From: Yuukianura sp. NJ FZ-2021
Lineage: Eukaryota
Assembly: GCA_046563655.1 (NCBI GenBank)
Contig: CM102286.1
Span: 9,610,001-9,674,000 of the forward strand
Reading direction: 5' to 3'
DNA: 64,000 nucleotides
Shown here piece by piece: positions 62,877 through 64,000 of the stretch; position 1 is the first letter of the stretch, and each line of letters opens with the position of its first letter. The position numbers and the translations under genes were made by a program. The notes beneath the pieces were generated by a model. The model was given only the letters and a program-made list of their open reading frames with translations. It was not told the DNA's origin and did no database searches.

Positions 62877-64000
62877 CTGAAAGTATCACATAGAATAAGT
62901 TTCTTTTTGAAAATGTACCTGGAAACCAAAATTTTTCAAAAAAGAAAATCCAAATTTTAGGAAACGATGCGAACTCATTCTAAATTACTCAACGTCCACC
63001 ACAATTAAATTTAGTAATTTCATCCGTTTCCAGCGAAAGTCCAAAGTGAAAGTTTGTTTACATAATGTAACGTCGGATGTCCGTTTGGACTTTCCAAAGT
63101 TTGAGGCTGAGTGACACTTATCTTGGCGGAAAGTCTTAAAATCTTAACTTCTAATTCCAGCAGAGAGTTCTCTTTGTCATACATTTCTCCTGGGACTTTC
63201 ACTTTTACAAACTTTCACTTTCTGTTCTTCTCCAAAACTTGTGTGAGTCACTTTCAAAACAAACGGAATAACTTATTCGCCGTATGCTTCTGAATTATAA
63301 TCCCACCTAATTTACTTTCACCTTCACCCCTTCCAGAAAACCTACCTTGATCTTATGGATCCTCACAAGTGTATAAATTATTTAAAATGAAATTACTCTG
63401 TGCTTTAGCAGAAGCCACCTTAATCTCGAATTAAGTAACTAAAGCCCTAACATCTCTTTGCCAAATTAACTTCTAATGTCGTCTCAAAAGGACCTTTCGA
63501 AATGAAATTTTAAAATTTCAGCCTCCTCAAACTCCAAATTTCAGCTCCCCGTTTCCAAAGAAGTTCATTTGGAAAGTCATACCACTATAAAAGACAAACA
63601 AAACTAACGACTTGTTAAACACTGACAAACTTTGTTGCAGCATTAATTTAAATTTTAAAACGCCCGCACCTTTTTGGTTACACTTGCACACACAACAGCG
63701 TCTAACAATTGTAACCAAACACTAACTCACCTAAGATGAAAAAAAACTGAAAAGGGAAAAACTCGGCAGTTTATCCTTGAAATCGTAAATCAACGACAAA
63801 TTTTTGATCTCGTTAAGGTTGTGCTCTCAGTGCGGATTTCTTTGGTTTGTTCAAGCCTTTCTAACGAGTGAAAGCGTCCTGCTTTCACCGGTAAAACCAG
63901 TAAAAATTGAATTATGTTTTTTGGAAGTAGTTGAACCAGAAAATAGAATTTTGAAGGCCAATTCCAGCGTAGTGACCACAAGGAGAGTCTGGAAGGAAGA

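Noticed and set aside
63527..63718. THAP domain (RRCCVCKC...)
   Set aside because: The later conserved THAP residues (W, CxxHF) were not found.

Overview
Eukaryotic genomic DNA: AT-rich, with short GT-AG introns and recurrent TTAGG motifs, most consistent with a non-dipteran arthropod (inference). Host genes are a CLIP-domain serine protease with two lesions (36-2554, -), an orphan cNMP-binding-domain fragment, a ZNF236-like gene (-), a SCaMC/SLC25A24-like mitochondrial carrier (+), a CEP43/FOP-like LisH gene (+), a PMS1-like MutL gene with a short C-terminus (-) and the 3' exons of a probable Ig-domain surface protein. About half the window is nested mobile DNA. (i) A 12.3-kb foldback element (11025-23332) contains a 9.9-kb mariner-type derivative; this carries a LINE whose ORF1 and ORF2 are joined in frame by one UGA-CUA, captured Pat1 and BRWD3/PHIP exons, and a 207-bp tandem array. 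(ii) Duplicated degenerate Ulp1-like protease sequences. (iii) A broken Ty3/Gypsy element whose integrase is followed directly by a dense cluster of small spliced orphan genes, and which is interrupted by an ORF1-only poly(A)-tailed retroelement with an 11-bp TSD. (iv) Many MITEs. All homology calls are from motif recognition by eye; no database searches were run.
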